Assembly: GCA_963713045.1 (NCBI GenBank)
Contig: CAVQKE010000004.1
Location: 480,001 to 544,000, forward strand
Reading direction: 5' to 3'
From: an uncultured delta proteobacterium
GTDB lineage: Bacteria > Myxococcota > Myxococcia > Myxococcales > Myxococcaceae
Length of the DNA stretch: 64,000 nt
The notes below the pieces were generated by a model. It was not told the DNA's origin and did no database searches. It saw nothing but the letters and a program-made list of their open reading frames with translations. The translations under genes were made by a program, and so were the position numbers. This document shows positions 50,567 through 59,746 of the stretch, one piece after another. How positions within the stretch are numbered: the stretch's first letter is position 1; each line of letters starts with the position of its first letter.

Positions 50567-52456
50567 ATGCGCTGTTCTCGCCTGACGGTCTCGTTGCTGC
50601 TCGTCTTCGGGAGCCTTGCCGAGGCACGGGTGGGGGGCGGCCATCACTACTCGAGCCCCTCCCGCTCGGGCCCTGCTCATGCTCCAAGCTGGAGCTCCAA
50701 CAGGAGTGCTCCAAGCGGGCTTTCGTTCGGGCGGTCGGGTATTTCGCCGGTCTACTTTGCCTTGGACCCTACCCTCCTCCTGCTGCTGATTCTCTTGGCT
50801 GTCGTTGTCAGGGTACTCCTCAGACGGGCCTTTGGATTGACCGCTGTCACCCAACGTGCACTCGCCGAGCAGGATGCGATCGCCCGCTTGGACGTCACTT
50901 CTGGCATGCGTCAGGGATGGGTCGCTACCCTTCAGCGGCGGGACCCCGGCTTCGCGGAGGGCTCATTTCTCGAGCGCGTTCGGTCCCTATTCTTGTCGAC
51001 GCAAGAAGCCTGGTCGCACCGAGACCTTGTCCCTGTGAGACGCTTTCTCTCGGACGCCACATGGCAACGGTTCCGCGTTCAGCTCGGGCTTCTGCGAGCG
51101 CAAGGGGTTCGCAACTTCACTTCGGACGTGGAAGTCACCGGCTTGGAGTTGGTGGGCTTCGAGCAAAATGACTGGTTCGACACGCTGCACGTCGCTGTTC
51201 ATGCACGCGCCCGCGACGTCGACGTGCCAGCCGATTGGCCCGACGCGCAGGTACGCGCCGCCGCGTCTCACGCGCAAGTTCAGCCATTCATCGAGGTCTG
51301 GAGCCTGGTACGGAAGCCCGGCGTACAGAGTCGCGGGGAAAGCGCGCTCGCGGCCCGACAGTGCCCGAGCTGCGGTGCCCCCTTTGAGGGAGGTGCGACC
51401 AGCAGCTGTTCCTACTGCCACGCTGTCGTAAACAGTGGAGCGTACGACTGGGTCCTGGCCGAAATCACGCAAGCGGTAGAAGCACGGAGAGCAGACGAAG
51501 CCGTGCCAGGGCTGGACGCGCTCCGGGAGCGCGACCCTGCCCTGTCGCTCGAGGTTCTCGAAGACCGGGTTAGCCTGGTCTTTTGGCGCTGGGTCGAGGC
51601 CCAGAGCACCGGGCAACCGGAGCGGCTGGCACGGCTCGCTGAGGCTGCCGCCGTCGAAAGGTTGCGCGCCGATGTGGACCGCCTCGCACAACACCAGTCG
51701 AGGCGGGTATTTCTTGAGTGTGCGGTCGGAGAAGTCCGGGTTCGCGGCTTCGAGAACGCGACGGACGGGCGCACACTGGCACATGTTGAGGTTCGTTGGA
51801 GCGCCCGTACCGGCGTCGGTCCACTCGGGAAAGCTCCTCCGAAGCTCCCGGTTATTCCGCAGCGTTGGGTCTTCACCGTTGCCCGGGCCGGCGAGGCAAC
51901 GACCCGCGCCGAAAACGGCATGTCAACCGACCGGTGTCCTCAGTGTGGAGGCCCCCTGGGGGACGAGCTCAACCCGAAATGTCAATGGTGCGACGCGCTG
52001 CTCGCTGGGGACCTTCGCGACTGGACACTCGCCGAGGCGTGTCCGGTAGAAGCCTGGGCAGGTCGACCTGGACCGGTCTCCAGCTCGAGCTCCGCCGCCC
52101 TTCCAGGCTTCCCGGACGTTGAGGAGCGCGAGCGTCTGCTTTACGTCATGGCCGCCATGGCGATGGCGGACGGGGTCGTAGACCAACGTGAACGGAGGCT
52201 GCTCGTCCAGTGCGCTGAGCGCTGGGGCGTGCCGGTGGACCATGTGGACGTCGCCCTGGGGGCCGGGCTGGCTTCGCTAGACACGTTGGTCCCGAACGCC
52301 CATGCCGGCGAGCCCTTCCTGCGGGCCCTCGCTCAACTGGCCCGTGTTGACGGGAGAGTCGACGCCTCGGAGCGCCGCTTACTCGAAGCCGTGGCGTCTC
52401 GGCTGGGTTTGGTCGAAAAGCTGCCTGCCGTGCTTGCGTCCGTCGGCGCGAACTAG
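50567..52456 (+). CDS. Tim44-like membrane protein with two zinc ribbons and a TerB-like C-terminus
   Basis: AEARVGGG leader, TM helix, RDPGF..., CPSC/CSYC, CPQC/CQWC, twice (A/V)DG.VD..ERRLL. Confidence 0.8.
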   Translation: MRCSRLTVSLLLVFGSLAEARVGGGHHYSSPSRSGPAHAPSWSSNRSAPSGLSFGRSGISPVYFALDPTLLLLLILLAVVVRVLLRRAFGLTAVTQRALAEQDAIARLDVTSGMRQGWVATLQRRDPGFAEGSFLERVRSLFLSTQEAWSHRDLVPVRRFLSDATWQRFRVQLGLLRAQGVRNFTSDVEVTGLELVGFEQNDWFDTLHVAVHARARDVDVPADWPDAQVRAAASHAQVQPFIEVWSLVRKPGVQSRGESALAARQCPSCGAPFEGGATSSCSYCHAVVNSGAYDWVLAEITQAVEARRADEAVPGLDALRERDPALSLEVLEDRVSLVFWRWVEAQSTGQPERLARLAEAAAVERLRADVDRLAQHQSRRVFLECAVGEVRVRGFENATDGRTLAHVEVRWSARTGVGPLGKAPPKLPVIPQRWVFTVARAGEATTRAENGMSTDRCPQCGGPLGDELNPKCQWCDALLAGDLRDWTLAEACPVEAWAGRPGPVSSSSSAALPGFPDVEERERLLYVMAAMAMADGVVDQRERRLLVQCAERWGVPVDHVDVALGAGLASLDTLVPNAHAGEPFLRALAQLARVDGRVDASERRLLEAVASRLGLVEKLPAVLASVGAN

Positions 52457-52461
52457 GTGCG

Positions 52462-53439
52462 TTAGCGCGCGTGTCGGGTTCGCGCGATGAGGCGGTCCCG
52501 TTCGCCCAGTGCCGCCTGCAGGTATTTGCCGGGAAGTTTGCGGCCAATCAGTTCCTGTGCAAGCTCGCCCGCGTCCACCAACCGCGCCAGGTCGATCCCA
52601 GTCTGAACTCCCATCCCATGAAGGAGATTGACCAGGTCCTCGGTCGCAAGGTTCCCTGCAGCACCCGGGGCGTAGGGACAGCCACCGAGACCGCCAATGC
52701 TGGCGTCGAGAGTCGTCACGCCATACGTTAAGCCCACCAGGGCGTTGGCGAGCGCTGTCCCCCGTGTGTCGTGTAAGTGTAGCGCGAGCTTTTCCACCGG
52801 CACCCGCCGTAGGACGGCGTCGAGAATCGCTTCGGTCTGGGTCGGTATCCCAACTCCAATCGTGTCGCCCAAGCTGAGCTGATAGACGCCGAGGTCCAGC
52901 AGCCGCCCTGCAAGGTCGACCACCGTCGGGATGGATGTCACGCCCTCGTAGGGGCAGCCCCAGACGACAGAGAGGTAGGCGCGCACTCGCATGCCGGACG
53001 CGAGGGCTCCTTTGGCCACTGCGCCCGCAACATGGAGGGCTTCGGCAATCGACTTATTGATGTTCTTGCGTGAATGAGTTTCGGTAGCCGACGCGAACAC
53101 AGCCGCCTCGGCAAGGCCCGCCGCCTTCGCTCGTTCGAGTCCTTTGAGGTTGGGGACGAGCGCCGAATAGATGACGTTCGTGGGCCGCTCGAGCCGCGCC
53201 AGGAGCTCGTCGGCATCCGCCAGCTGAGGAACCCATTTCGAACTGACGAACGACGTGACCTCGATGCGCCGCTCGCCGGCAGCCACGAGCGCCGTGACCA
53301 GTCGGAGCTTGTCCTTAAGAGGCACCGAGCGCAGCTCGTTCTGGAGCCCGTCGCGCGGTCCGACCTCATAGACGTCAACGCGGGGAGGAAAGCGAGCTCC
53401 CAGCTTCAGGGGCGGCTCTGGATGTGTCCCCGGATCCAC
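52462..53439 (-). CDS. liuE: Hydroxymethylglutaryl-CoA lyase
   Basis: [32 protein letters not shown]. Confidence 0.93.
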   Translation of the reverse strand: MDPGTHPEPPLKLGARFPPRVDVYEVGPRDGLQNELRSVPLKDKLRLVTALVAAGERRIEVTSFVSSKWVPQLADADELLARLERPTNVIYSALVPNLKGLERAKAAGLAEAAVFASATETHSRKNINKSIAEALHVAGAVAKGALASGMRVRAYLSVVWGCPYEGVTSIPTVVDLAGRLLDLGVYQLSLGDTIGVGIPTQTEAILDAVLRRVPVEKLALHLHDTRGTALANALVGLTYGVTTLDASIGGLGGCPYAPGAAGNLATEDLVNLLHGMGVQTGIDLARLVDAGELAQELIGRKLPGKYLQAALGERDRLIARTRHAR

Positions 53440-53810
53440 TGAACGATGTCCTGGGTAGAGCTTCCTGGGGTGAATATCTCCGCGACGCCTAACTTCTTGA
53501 GTCGGGGAATATCGTCGTCCGGAATAATGCCACCGCCGAAGACCCCGATGTCCCCCGCGCCCTTCGCCCTGAGGAGGTCGATTACCGCCGGAAACAAGGT
53601 CATGTGAGCACCGGACATAATCGACAGCCCGACAGCATCCACGTCCTCCTGCACTGCCGCGCTCGCAATCATCTCCGGCGTCTGGTGCAGGCCTGTGTAG
53701 ATGACTTCCATCCCGGCGTCGCGCAGCGCGCGCGCAATGATTTTTGCGCCGCGGTCATGCCCGTCGAGTCCCGGCTTGGCGACGAGGATTCTGAGGGTGT
53801 GTTCGGCCAT
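53406..53810 (-). CDS. icmB: Cobalamin-binding small subunit of acyl-CoA mutase
   Basis: [11 protein letters not shown] (DxHxxG), [15 protein letters not shown]. Confidence 0.85.
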   Translation of the reverse strand: MAEHTLRILVAKPGLDGHDRGAKIIARALRDAGMEVIYTGLHQTPEMIASAAVQEDVDAVGLSIMSGAHMTLFPAVIDLLRAKGAGDIGVFGGGIIPDDDIPRLKKLGVAEIFTPGSSTQDIVQWIRGHIQSRP

Positions 53811-53827
53811 GGCTGGCTCTGTGCTGG

Positions 53828-55639
53828 CTAGAAAACGCCTCCCTCGCGGTACTGCCCCCAAACCTTGCGAAACACGTCGCTGACCTCACCCAGGGTTGCA
53901 TAGGCCTTCACCGCGGCCAGGACGGGAGGCATCAGATTGTCGGTCCCTCGCGCGGCGGCCTCCACTTCTGCAAGGGTACTCTCTACGGCCCGGGGGTCTC
54001 GCTCGGCCCTCAAGCGTTGGAGGCGGGCAATCTGAGTCTCGGCAACTTGGTCGTCGATTTTCAAAATTTCTACTGGCTCCTGCTGTTCCGATTGAAACGC
54101 GTTCACGCCGACCACGAGCCGCTGTCCGTCTTCGACCTCACGCTGATAACGGTAGGCGCTCTCGCCAATCTCCTTCTGCGGATAGCCCTCCTCGACTGCT
54201 CGAATGATGCCGCCCATCTCGTCGATCCGTCGGAGATACCCCTGCGCCTGCCGTTCCATCTCGTCGGTCAAGTACTCAACGTAGTAGCTGCCTCCGAGCG
54301 GGTCGACCACTCGGTCCACGCCCGACTCGTGGGCAATAATCTGTTGGGTTCGCAGTGCCAGCATCACCGCGTCCTCGGTCGGAAGCGCGTAGGTTTCGTC
54401 GAGCGAGTTGGTGTGAAGAGATTGCGTTCCACCGAGCACCGCCGCGAGGGCCTGGAGTGTCGTCCGGACGACGTTGTTGTACGGCTGCTGGGCGGTCAGA
54501 CTCACGCCGGCCGTCTGAGCGTGGGTGCGCAACTGAAGGCTTCGGGGATCCCGGGCTCCGAAACGGTCGCGCATCACACCGGCCCAAATTCGGCGCGCGG
54601 CTCGGAATTTGGCGATTTCTTCGAAGAAGTCGTTATGGACGTCCCAGAAGAAGGACAAACGTGGCGCAAAGTCGTCCACCGCCAGGCCACGGTTCACGCA
54701 TTCCTCCACGTAGCCGATGCCGTCAGCCAACGTGAAGGCGAGTTCTTGAACTGCCGTCGCCCCTGCCTCGCGAATGTGATAGCCGCTGATGGATACGGCA
54801 TGCCAACGCGGCATGTGTCGACTGCAGTACTCAATCATGTCAACGACGATGCGCACCGCTGGTCGGGGCGGAACAATCCACTCCTTCTGAGCGATGTACT
54901 CCTTCAGCATGTCGTTCTGAATGGTCCCCCCCAGCCTCGCCATTGGGATGCCCTGCTGCTCACCAACCGCGATGTACATGCAGAGAGCTGCGATGGCCGA
55001 GGCGTTGATGGTCATCGAGGTGGTCACTTTGTCGAGCGGAATTCCGTCGAACAGGACCTCGAAGTCGCGTAACGAGGAAACAGCCACTCCTTCCTTGCCG
55101 ACCTCGCCCCGCGACATCGGATGATCAGCGTCGTACCCCATCAGCGCCGGCATATCGAACGCGGTGGAAAGGCCCGTCGTGCCGTGAGCCATCAAATACT
55201 TAAAGCGCCGATTGGTGTCCTCAGGCGAGCCGAACCCAGCGAACATCCGCATGGTCCAGAGACGGCCCCGGTACATGCTTGGCTGCACGCCTCGTGTGAA
55301 CGGATACTCCCCAGGTAGGCCAAGTTGCTCCTGGAGTTCGCCCCGGCAGTGAGCGGCCGTCAGCACCGCAGGAACCGGGACGCCGGAGTCCGTCGCGAAG
55401 GTGCCCTGACGCAGAGGCGTTTTTGCCACTGCGGGAGCGAGTGTCTCGGTTTCCCATCGGGTGACCTCGCGGGTCACCGCGCGCATTGCAGCTGAGTCAT
55501 ACAGCCGGGTCTTTCCGCCACGGTCGGACTTTGGGGCGTTCGCCTTGGGGGGGGACTCGACCCGGGCTGTGCGGCTGGAAAGACTTCGAGGAGCGTCCTT
55601 GGCAGCGCGACGGGGCGGGCGACGACGCTGGGAGGGCAT
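53828..55639 (-). CDS. icmA: Acyl-CoA mutase large subunit, isobutyryl-CoA mutase signature
   Basis: [31 protein letters not shown]; no B12 domain; start uncertain. Confidence 0.8.
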   Translation of the reverse strand: MPSQRRRPPRRAAKDAPRSLSSRTARVESPPKANAPKSDRGGKTRLYDSAAMRAVTREVTRWETETLAPAVAKTPLRQGTFATDSGVPVPAVLTAAHCRGELQEQLGLPGEYPFTRGVQPSMYRGRLWTMRMFAGFGSPEDTNRRFKYLMAHGTTGLSTAFDMPALMGYDADHPMSRGEVGKEGVAVSSLRDFEVLFDGIPLDKVTTSMTINASAIAALCMYIAVGEQQGIPMARLGGTIQNDMLKEYIAQKEWIVPPRPAVRIVVDMIEYCSRHMPRWHAVSISGYHIREAGATAVQELAFTLADGIGYVEECVNRGLAVDDFAPRLSFFWDVHNDFFEEIAKFRAARRIWAGVMRDRFGARDPRSLQLRTHAQTAGVSLTAQQPYNNVVRTTLQALAAVLGGTQSLHTNSLDETYALPTEDAVMLALRTQQIIAHESGVDRVVDPLGGSYYVEYLTDEMERQAQGYLRRIDEMGGIIRAVEEGYPQKEIGESAYRYQREVEDGQRLVVGVNAFQSEQQEPVEILKIDDQVAETQIARLQRLRAERDPRAVESTLAEVEAAARGTDNLMPPVLAAVKAYATLGEVSDVFRKVWGQYREGGVF

Positions 55640-55732
55640 GCTCGAGTCCCTAGCATTCGGATCCTGGCCTTTCAACAAGCCGGCTGGGCTGGGGAAAGCG
55701 CCTGAAGTCACTCGAGGTATGAAGTGGACCGG

Positions 55733-55890
55733 CCCTCGACTTCGAGGGTCCGCTCGGAAAACGAATCCGAGCATTATGCCTCCGGCTCGAGTCTTCGGAG
55801 CCAACAGTGCGCCATAAATGGCGCAGTAGATGCCAAATACGCGGTTTGTTGCTCACTAACCGGCGTAACGTATAACATGCTGTAATTACA
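55733..55890. promoter_or_regulatory. Divergent icmA/spt intergenic region with clustered inverted repeats
   Basis: IRs at 55733-55748, 55752-55772, 55784-55802 and 55808-55825; palindrome TGTAATTACA at 55881-55890 in an AT-rich tract. Confidence 0.5.
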
Positions 55891-56002
55891 TCTAGTTTTC
55901 GATTTGCCGCTGCCTTGACTTCGCTACTACGTCCCCCTAGAAGCCACGCACCCGCGCATTCACTCTGGCGAACACGGCCCCTTTGGGAGGGGGCGCCCCC
56001 TT

Positions 56003-57538
56003 ATGAGCGATGTCTTCGACAAATGCGGGGCCTGGAAGGACTACCGCATTGCCAAAGCTGCCGGCCTCTATCCCTACTACCGGCCAATCGAGGCATCCCA
56101 CGCCAGCACCGAGGTTGACATCGAAGGTCGCCGGGTGGTGATGGCCGGCTCCAATAACTACCTCGGCCTAGCGGGCGACCCTCGGGTCAAGGAAGCCGCT
56201 CAGAATGCGGTGAAGCGCTTCGGCAGCACGTGCTCAGGGAGCCGCCTTCTCAACGGAACGACGGTCCTGCACGAGGAGTTAGAGAACCGTTTCGCAAAGT
56301 TCCTGAATCGTGAGGCGGCGGTTGTCGTCTCGACGGGGTTTCAAACCAATCTCGCCGCCCTGTCGGCCTTGCTGGGGCGACACGACATCGTCTTCTCGGA
56401 TCGCGGGAACCATGCGAGCCTGGTCGACGGAATCCGGCTGTCATTTGGCGAGGAGCGCAAGTTCCGCCACAACGACGTCGACCACCTGCAGAAATTGCTC
56501 GAGGCGGCGGATCCAGATGCTGGAAAGATGATCGTCACCGATGGCGTCTTCTCGATGGAGGGAGATCTCGCCAACGTGCCGAAAATCGTCGAGCTGGCCC
56601 AGCGGTACCGTGCCCGCGTGATGATTGACGACGCCCATTCGATGGGCGTCCTCGGCGAATACGGGCGCGGTGTCGCCGAGTATTTTGGCCTCGAGGCCAA
56701 CACCGACCTCGTAATGGGCACCTTCAGCAAGAGCTTCGCTTCGCTCGGCGGAGTGCTCGCTGGACCCTTCGAAGTCATCAACTATATCAAGCATCGGTCG
56801 CGGCCAGTCATCTTTAGCGCTTCGATGACCCCCGCTGCGGTGGCGGCAGCCCTCAAGGCGCTCGAGATTGTCGAGGCCGAGCCTCAGCGGCGCTCGCGAC
56901 TCATGGACATCGCCGAGAAGATGCACAACGGGCTCCGCGCGATGGGGTACGACACCGGTGTCTCTGTGACGCCAGTCGTTCCGGTGCTCATCGGCGACCA
57001 AGTGAAGTGCTTCCGCTTCTGGAAGACGCTGTTCGAGGCCGGCGTATTCGCCAACCCGGTCATCCCTCCGGCTGTCGAACCAGGTCATTCGCTGATTCGA
57101 ACGAGCTATATGGCCACCCACACCGATGCCCAACTGGAGCGGGTCCTCGAAGCGTTTGAGAAGGTTGGGAGGAAAATGGGGGTCATTCCGGAGACGCGCC
57201 CAAGCAGCTTCGTGCCGGTGAAGGTGGCGCGTCCGGGCACCTTCGTCATGTCGAACCAGGCGACGCAGCGCTGGGCGGCGGCATCGGCCGGCTTGTTAGC
57301 TGACCGCGGCTTGTCCCTCGAGGCACTCGCACGGCTCTCTTCTCGCGAGGTTGCTCGGAAGCTCTCCGATGCAGTGGAAACTCTTACCTGGCGGGCGGCA
57401 AATCTCCAGCCCGACGACCTCAAGCGACTAGGCGCGGCGCCTCTCAGACTTTGGGGCATGCGTACCGAACTCCCCGGCCTGCTCCTCGAAAAGGGTGCCA
57501 ATCTCTTCTTGAAGAACGGACAGCACCCGGAGGTCTAA
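56003..57538 (+). CDS. spt: Serine palmitoyltransferase (AOS family) with C-terminal extension
   Basis: YPYYR, GSNNYLGL, NHASL, DDAH, GTFSKSFAS; followed by bCerS/CerR-like genes. Confidence 0.85.
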   Translation: MSDVFDKCGAWKDYRIAKAAGLYPYYRPIEASHASTEVDIEGRRVVMAGSNNYLGLAGDPRVKEAAQNAVKRFGSTCSGSRLLNGTTVLHEELENRFAKFLNREAAVVVSTGFQTNLAALSALLGRHDIVFSDRGNHASLVDGIRLSFGEERKFRHNDVDHLQKLLEAADPDAGKMIVTDGVFSMEGDLANVPKIVELAQRYRARVMIDDAHSMGVLGEYGRGVAEYFGLEANTDLVMGTFSKSFASLGGVLAGPFEVINYIKHRSRPVIFSASMTPAAVAAALKALEIVEAEPQRRSRLMDIAEKMHNGLRAMGYDTGVSVTPVVPVLIGDQVKCFRFWKTLFEAGVFANPVIPPAVEPGHSLIRTSYMATHTDAQLERVLEAFEKVGRKMGVIPETRPSSFVPVKVARPGTFVMSNQATQRWAAASAGLLADRGLSLEALARLSSREVARKLSDAVETLTWRAANLQPDDLKRLGAAPLRLWGMRTELPGLLLEKGANLFLKNGQHPEV

Positions 57539-57545
57539 GGCGTTC

Positions 57546-58730
57546 ATGGCTGTTTCGGCGAAGAAGCTGCGGACGGCGGTGGCTGGGGCAACCTCCCAGG
57601 CCGACGTGACAGTGACGCCCGCGCAGTCGTCGGGAGACCGCGAAGCCTTCATCCGGTTCCCCTACGACCTTTACCGGGGCGACCCGAATTGGGTGCCTCC
57701 CTTGGAGATGGAGCGCCGGGATTTTCTCGATCCGAAAAAGAATCCTTGGTTTCAATTCGGAGTTGCCGAGCTGTTTCTCGCACGACGCGACGGCAAGGTC
57801 GTGGGGCGCATCGCGGGAGTGGTCGACCCACGTTACAACGAGTTTCACGGGAGCAATCTCGGCTTCTTCGGAATGTTCGAGAGCATCAATGACGAAGCTG
57901 TCGCGCGCGGACTGTTCGACGCTGCTTCCGCTTGGCTCAAAGCTCAGGGCTTCCCGGAGATGCTGGGGCCGCTCAACTTTTCGACCAACTACGAATGCTC
58001 GGTCTTGGTGGAAGGCTTTGAGGCATCCCCAGCCGTCATGATGGCGTACAACCCACGCTATTACCCGGCGCTTTACGAGGCTTGCGGCTTCACGAAAGCC
58101 AAGGACTTGTGGGCTTTTGACGTCGCCTCGTCGCAGCCGCCTCCGGAGAAGGTGGTTCGGGTGGCGGAGAAGATTCGACAACGAAGCGGTGTCGTCGTGC
58201 GGCCCGTTCGAATGTCAGACTTCGCCGCCGAAGTGCAGAGAGTCAAGGACATCTACAACGCTGCGTGGGAGAACAACTGGGGCTTCGTCCCGATGACCGA
58301 AGCAGAGTTCGACCACATGGCCAAGGACATGAAGCCCTTGGTCGTCCCGGAGCTGTTGCTCATCGCGGAGGTCAAGGGCGAGCCGGTCGCCTTCTCGATG
58401 ACCATTCCTGATGCCAACTACGCGCTCAAGGCAGCTGGGGGACGGCTCACGCGGTTCGGCCTTCCCATCGGCTTGGTGAAGCTGGCGCTCGCTGCCCGCC
58501 GCATTCGGCGGCTTCGGCTGATAACCCTCGGCATCAAGTCGGGCTTTCGGCGGCAAGGCCTGGACGCAATCCTCTACCTCGACACCATCACCACGGCACG
58601 ACGGCTAGGTTACAGCGGAGGAGAAGTCTCGTGGACGCTCGAGGACAATCACCTCGTTAACCGCGCCATCGAATCCATGGGCGGCGTGCGTTCCAAGACG
58701 TACCGAATCTACCAACGTCCCATTGCCTAA
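57546..58730 (+). CDS. GNAT-fold N-acyltransferase, bacterial ceramide synthase-like (copy 1)
   Basis: DPNWVPPL, NPWF, VGRIA, FFGMFE, GPLNFSTN, SWTLEDN, KTYRIY; directly after spt. Confidence 0.78.
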   Translation: MAVSAKKLRTAVAGATSQADVTVTPAQSSGDREAFIRFPYDLYRGDPNWVPPLEMERRDFLDPKKNPWFQFGVAELFLARRDGKVVGRIAGVVDPRYNEFHGSNLGFFGMFESINDEAVARGLFDAASAWLKAQGFPEMLGPLNFSTNYECSVLVEGFEASPAVMMAYNPRYYPALYEACGFTKAKDLWAFDVASSQPPPEKVVRVAEKIRQRSGVVVRPVRMSDFAAEVQRVKDIYNAAWENNWGFVPMTEAEFDHMAKDMKPLVVPELLLIAEVKGEPVAFSMTIPDANYALKAAGGRLTRFGLPIGLVKLALAARRIRRLRLITLGIKSGFRRQGLDAILYLDTITTARRLGYSGGEVSWTLEDNHLVNRAIESMGGVRSKTYRIYQRPIA

Positions 58731-58744
58731 GCCGCCCCTTCCGG

Positions 58745-59746
58745 ATGCGCGCTCTTTTGACTGGCGGAAGCGGCTTTGTGGGCGGTGCCCTCGCGCGGCA
58801 TCTCTGCCACCGGGGCGATAGTGTGACGGCGCTGGTCCGCCGAAGCTCGCGCAGTGAGGCGCTTCGCGCCCTTGGCGTCAAGCTGGTGGAAGGCGACCTC
58901 ACCACTGGTGAGGGCTTGGACGAGGCACTCGACCAGGTCGAAGTGGTGTACCACCTGGCCGGTGTTACCAAGGCCGCGTCCGAGGAGGGCTACACCCTCG
59001 GCAACGCCCGGGCGACGCGCCTTCTCGTTTTGGCCGCGGCTCGCCGGAGCTCTCCGCCGCGCCTGGTAGTCTGCTCATCGCTTGCCGCAGCGGGCCCGGC
59101 CCGCCTTGACCACCCGCGCTCGGAGCAGGAAGTCGCGCAGCCGGTCTCCATGTACGGGCGGAGCAAGCTCGCTGCCGAGGCCGAAGTCCGGGCCGAAGCT
59201 GATTCGGTGCGCGCCATTGTTCTTCGGCCCCCCTTCGTTTACGGCCCTGGCGATGTCGTCAATCTCCCGCCGCTCTTGGCAATGGCACGTCACGGCGTGT
59301 TCCTAAAGGCCGGCTTCGGGCGGAAACAGTTCTCCTTCATCTACGTCGATGACCTGTGCGAGGCCCTTGTCGCTGCAGCCGAGCGAGGTGAGACCCTCTC
59401 CGCAGCTGACCCGACGCGAGGCATCTACTTTGTCGCCGACCCACGGACCTATGCATGGGAGGATTTCTGCCAAGCGCTCTCTCGCGCTCTCGGCCGGCGG
59501 AGCGCACGGGTACTATCCGTTCCGGAGTCTGTGGGATGGCTCGCCGCCGCCGGCTCGGAGCTGACAGCGCGCGTTCGGGGCACAGTCTCCATACTCAACC
59601 GGGACAAAGCCCGCGAGATGGCGCAGGAAGCCTGGACCTGCTCGCCGGCGCGAGCGGTGACCGCTCTGGCCTTTCGCGCCCAGTACCCCCTGGAGCAGGG
59701 ACTCGCCCACACCATCGCCTGGTATCGTCAACAAGGATTGGTCTGA
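58745..59746 (+). CDS. Extended SDR/NAD-dependent epimerase family, ceramide reductase-like by context
   Basis: TGGSGFVG, HLAG, SSLAA, YGRSK, RPPFVYGPGD. Confidence 0.8.
   Translation: MRALLTGGSGFVGGALARHLCHRGDSVTALVRRSSRSEALRALGVKLVEGDLTTGEGLDEALDQVEVVYHLAGVTKAASEEGYTLGNARATRLLVLAAARRSSPPRLVVCSSLAAAGPARLDHPRSEQEVAQPVSMYGRSKLAAEAEVRAEADSVRAIVLRPPFVYGPGDVVNLPPLLAMARHGVFLKAGFGRKQFSFIYVDDLCEALVAAAERGETLSAADPTRGIYFVADPRTYAWEDFCQALSRALGRRSARVLSVPESVGWLAAAGSELTARVRGTVSILNRDKAREMAQEAWTCSPARAVTALAFRAQYPLEQGLAHTIAWYRQQGLV

Noticed and set aside
53828..55639. Methylmalonyl-CoA mutase call
   Set aside because: Specificity residues are Phe/Gln rather than Tyr/Arg.
55640..56002. Cobalamin riboswitch upstream of the B12 mutase
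   Set aside because: No B12-box or GCCACTG-type core seen on the minus strand.
56003..57538. BioF or KBL call for the AOS enzyme
   Set aside because: No bio or tdh genes nearby; bCerS/CerR-like neighbours favour SPT.
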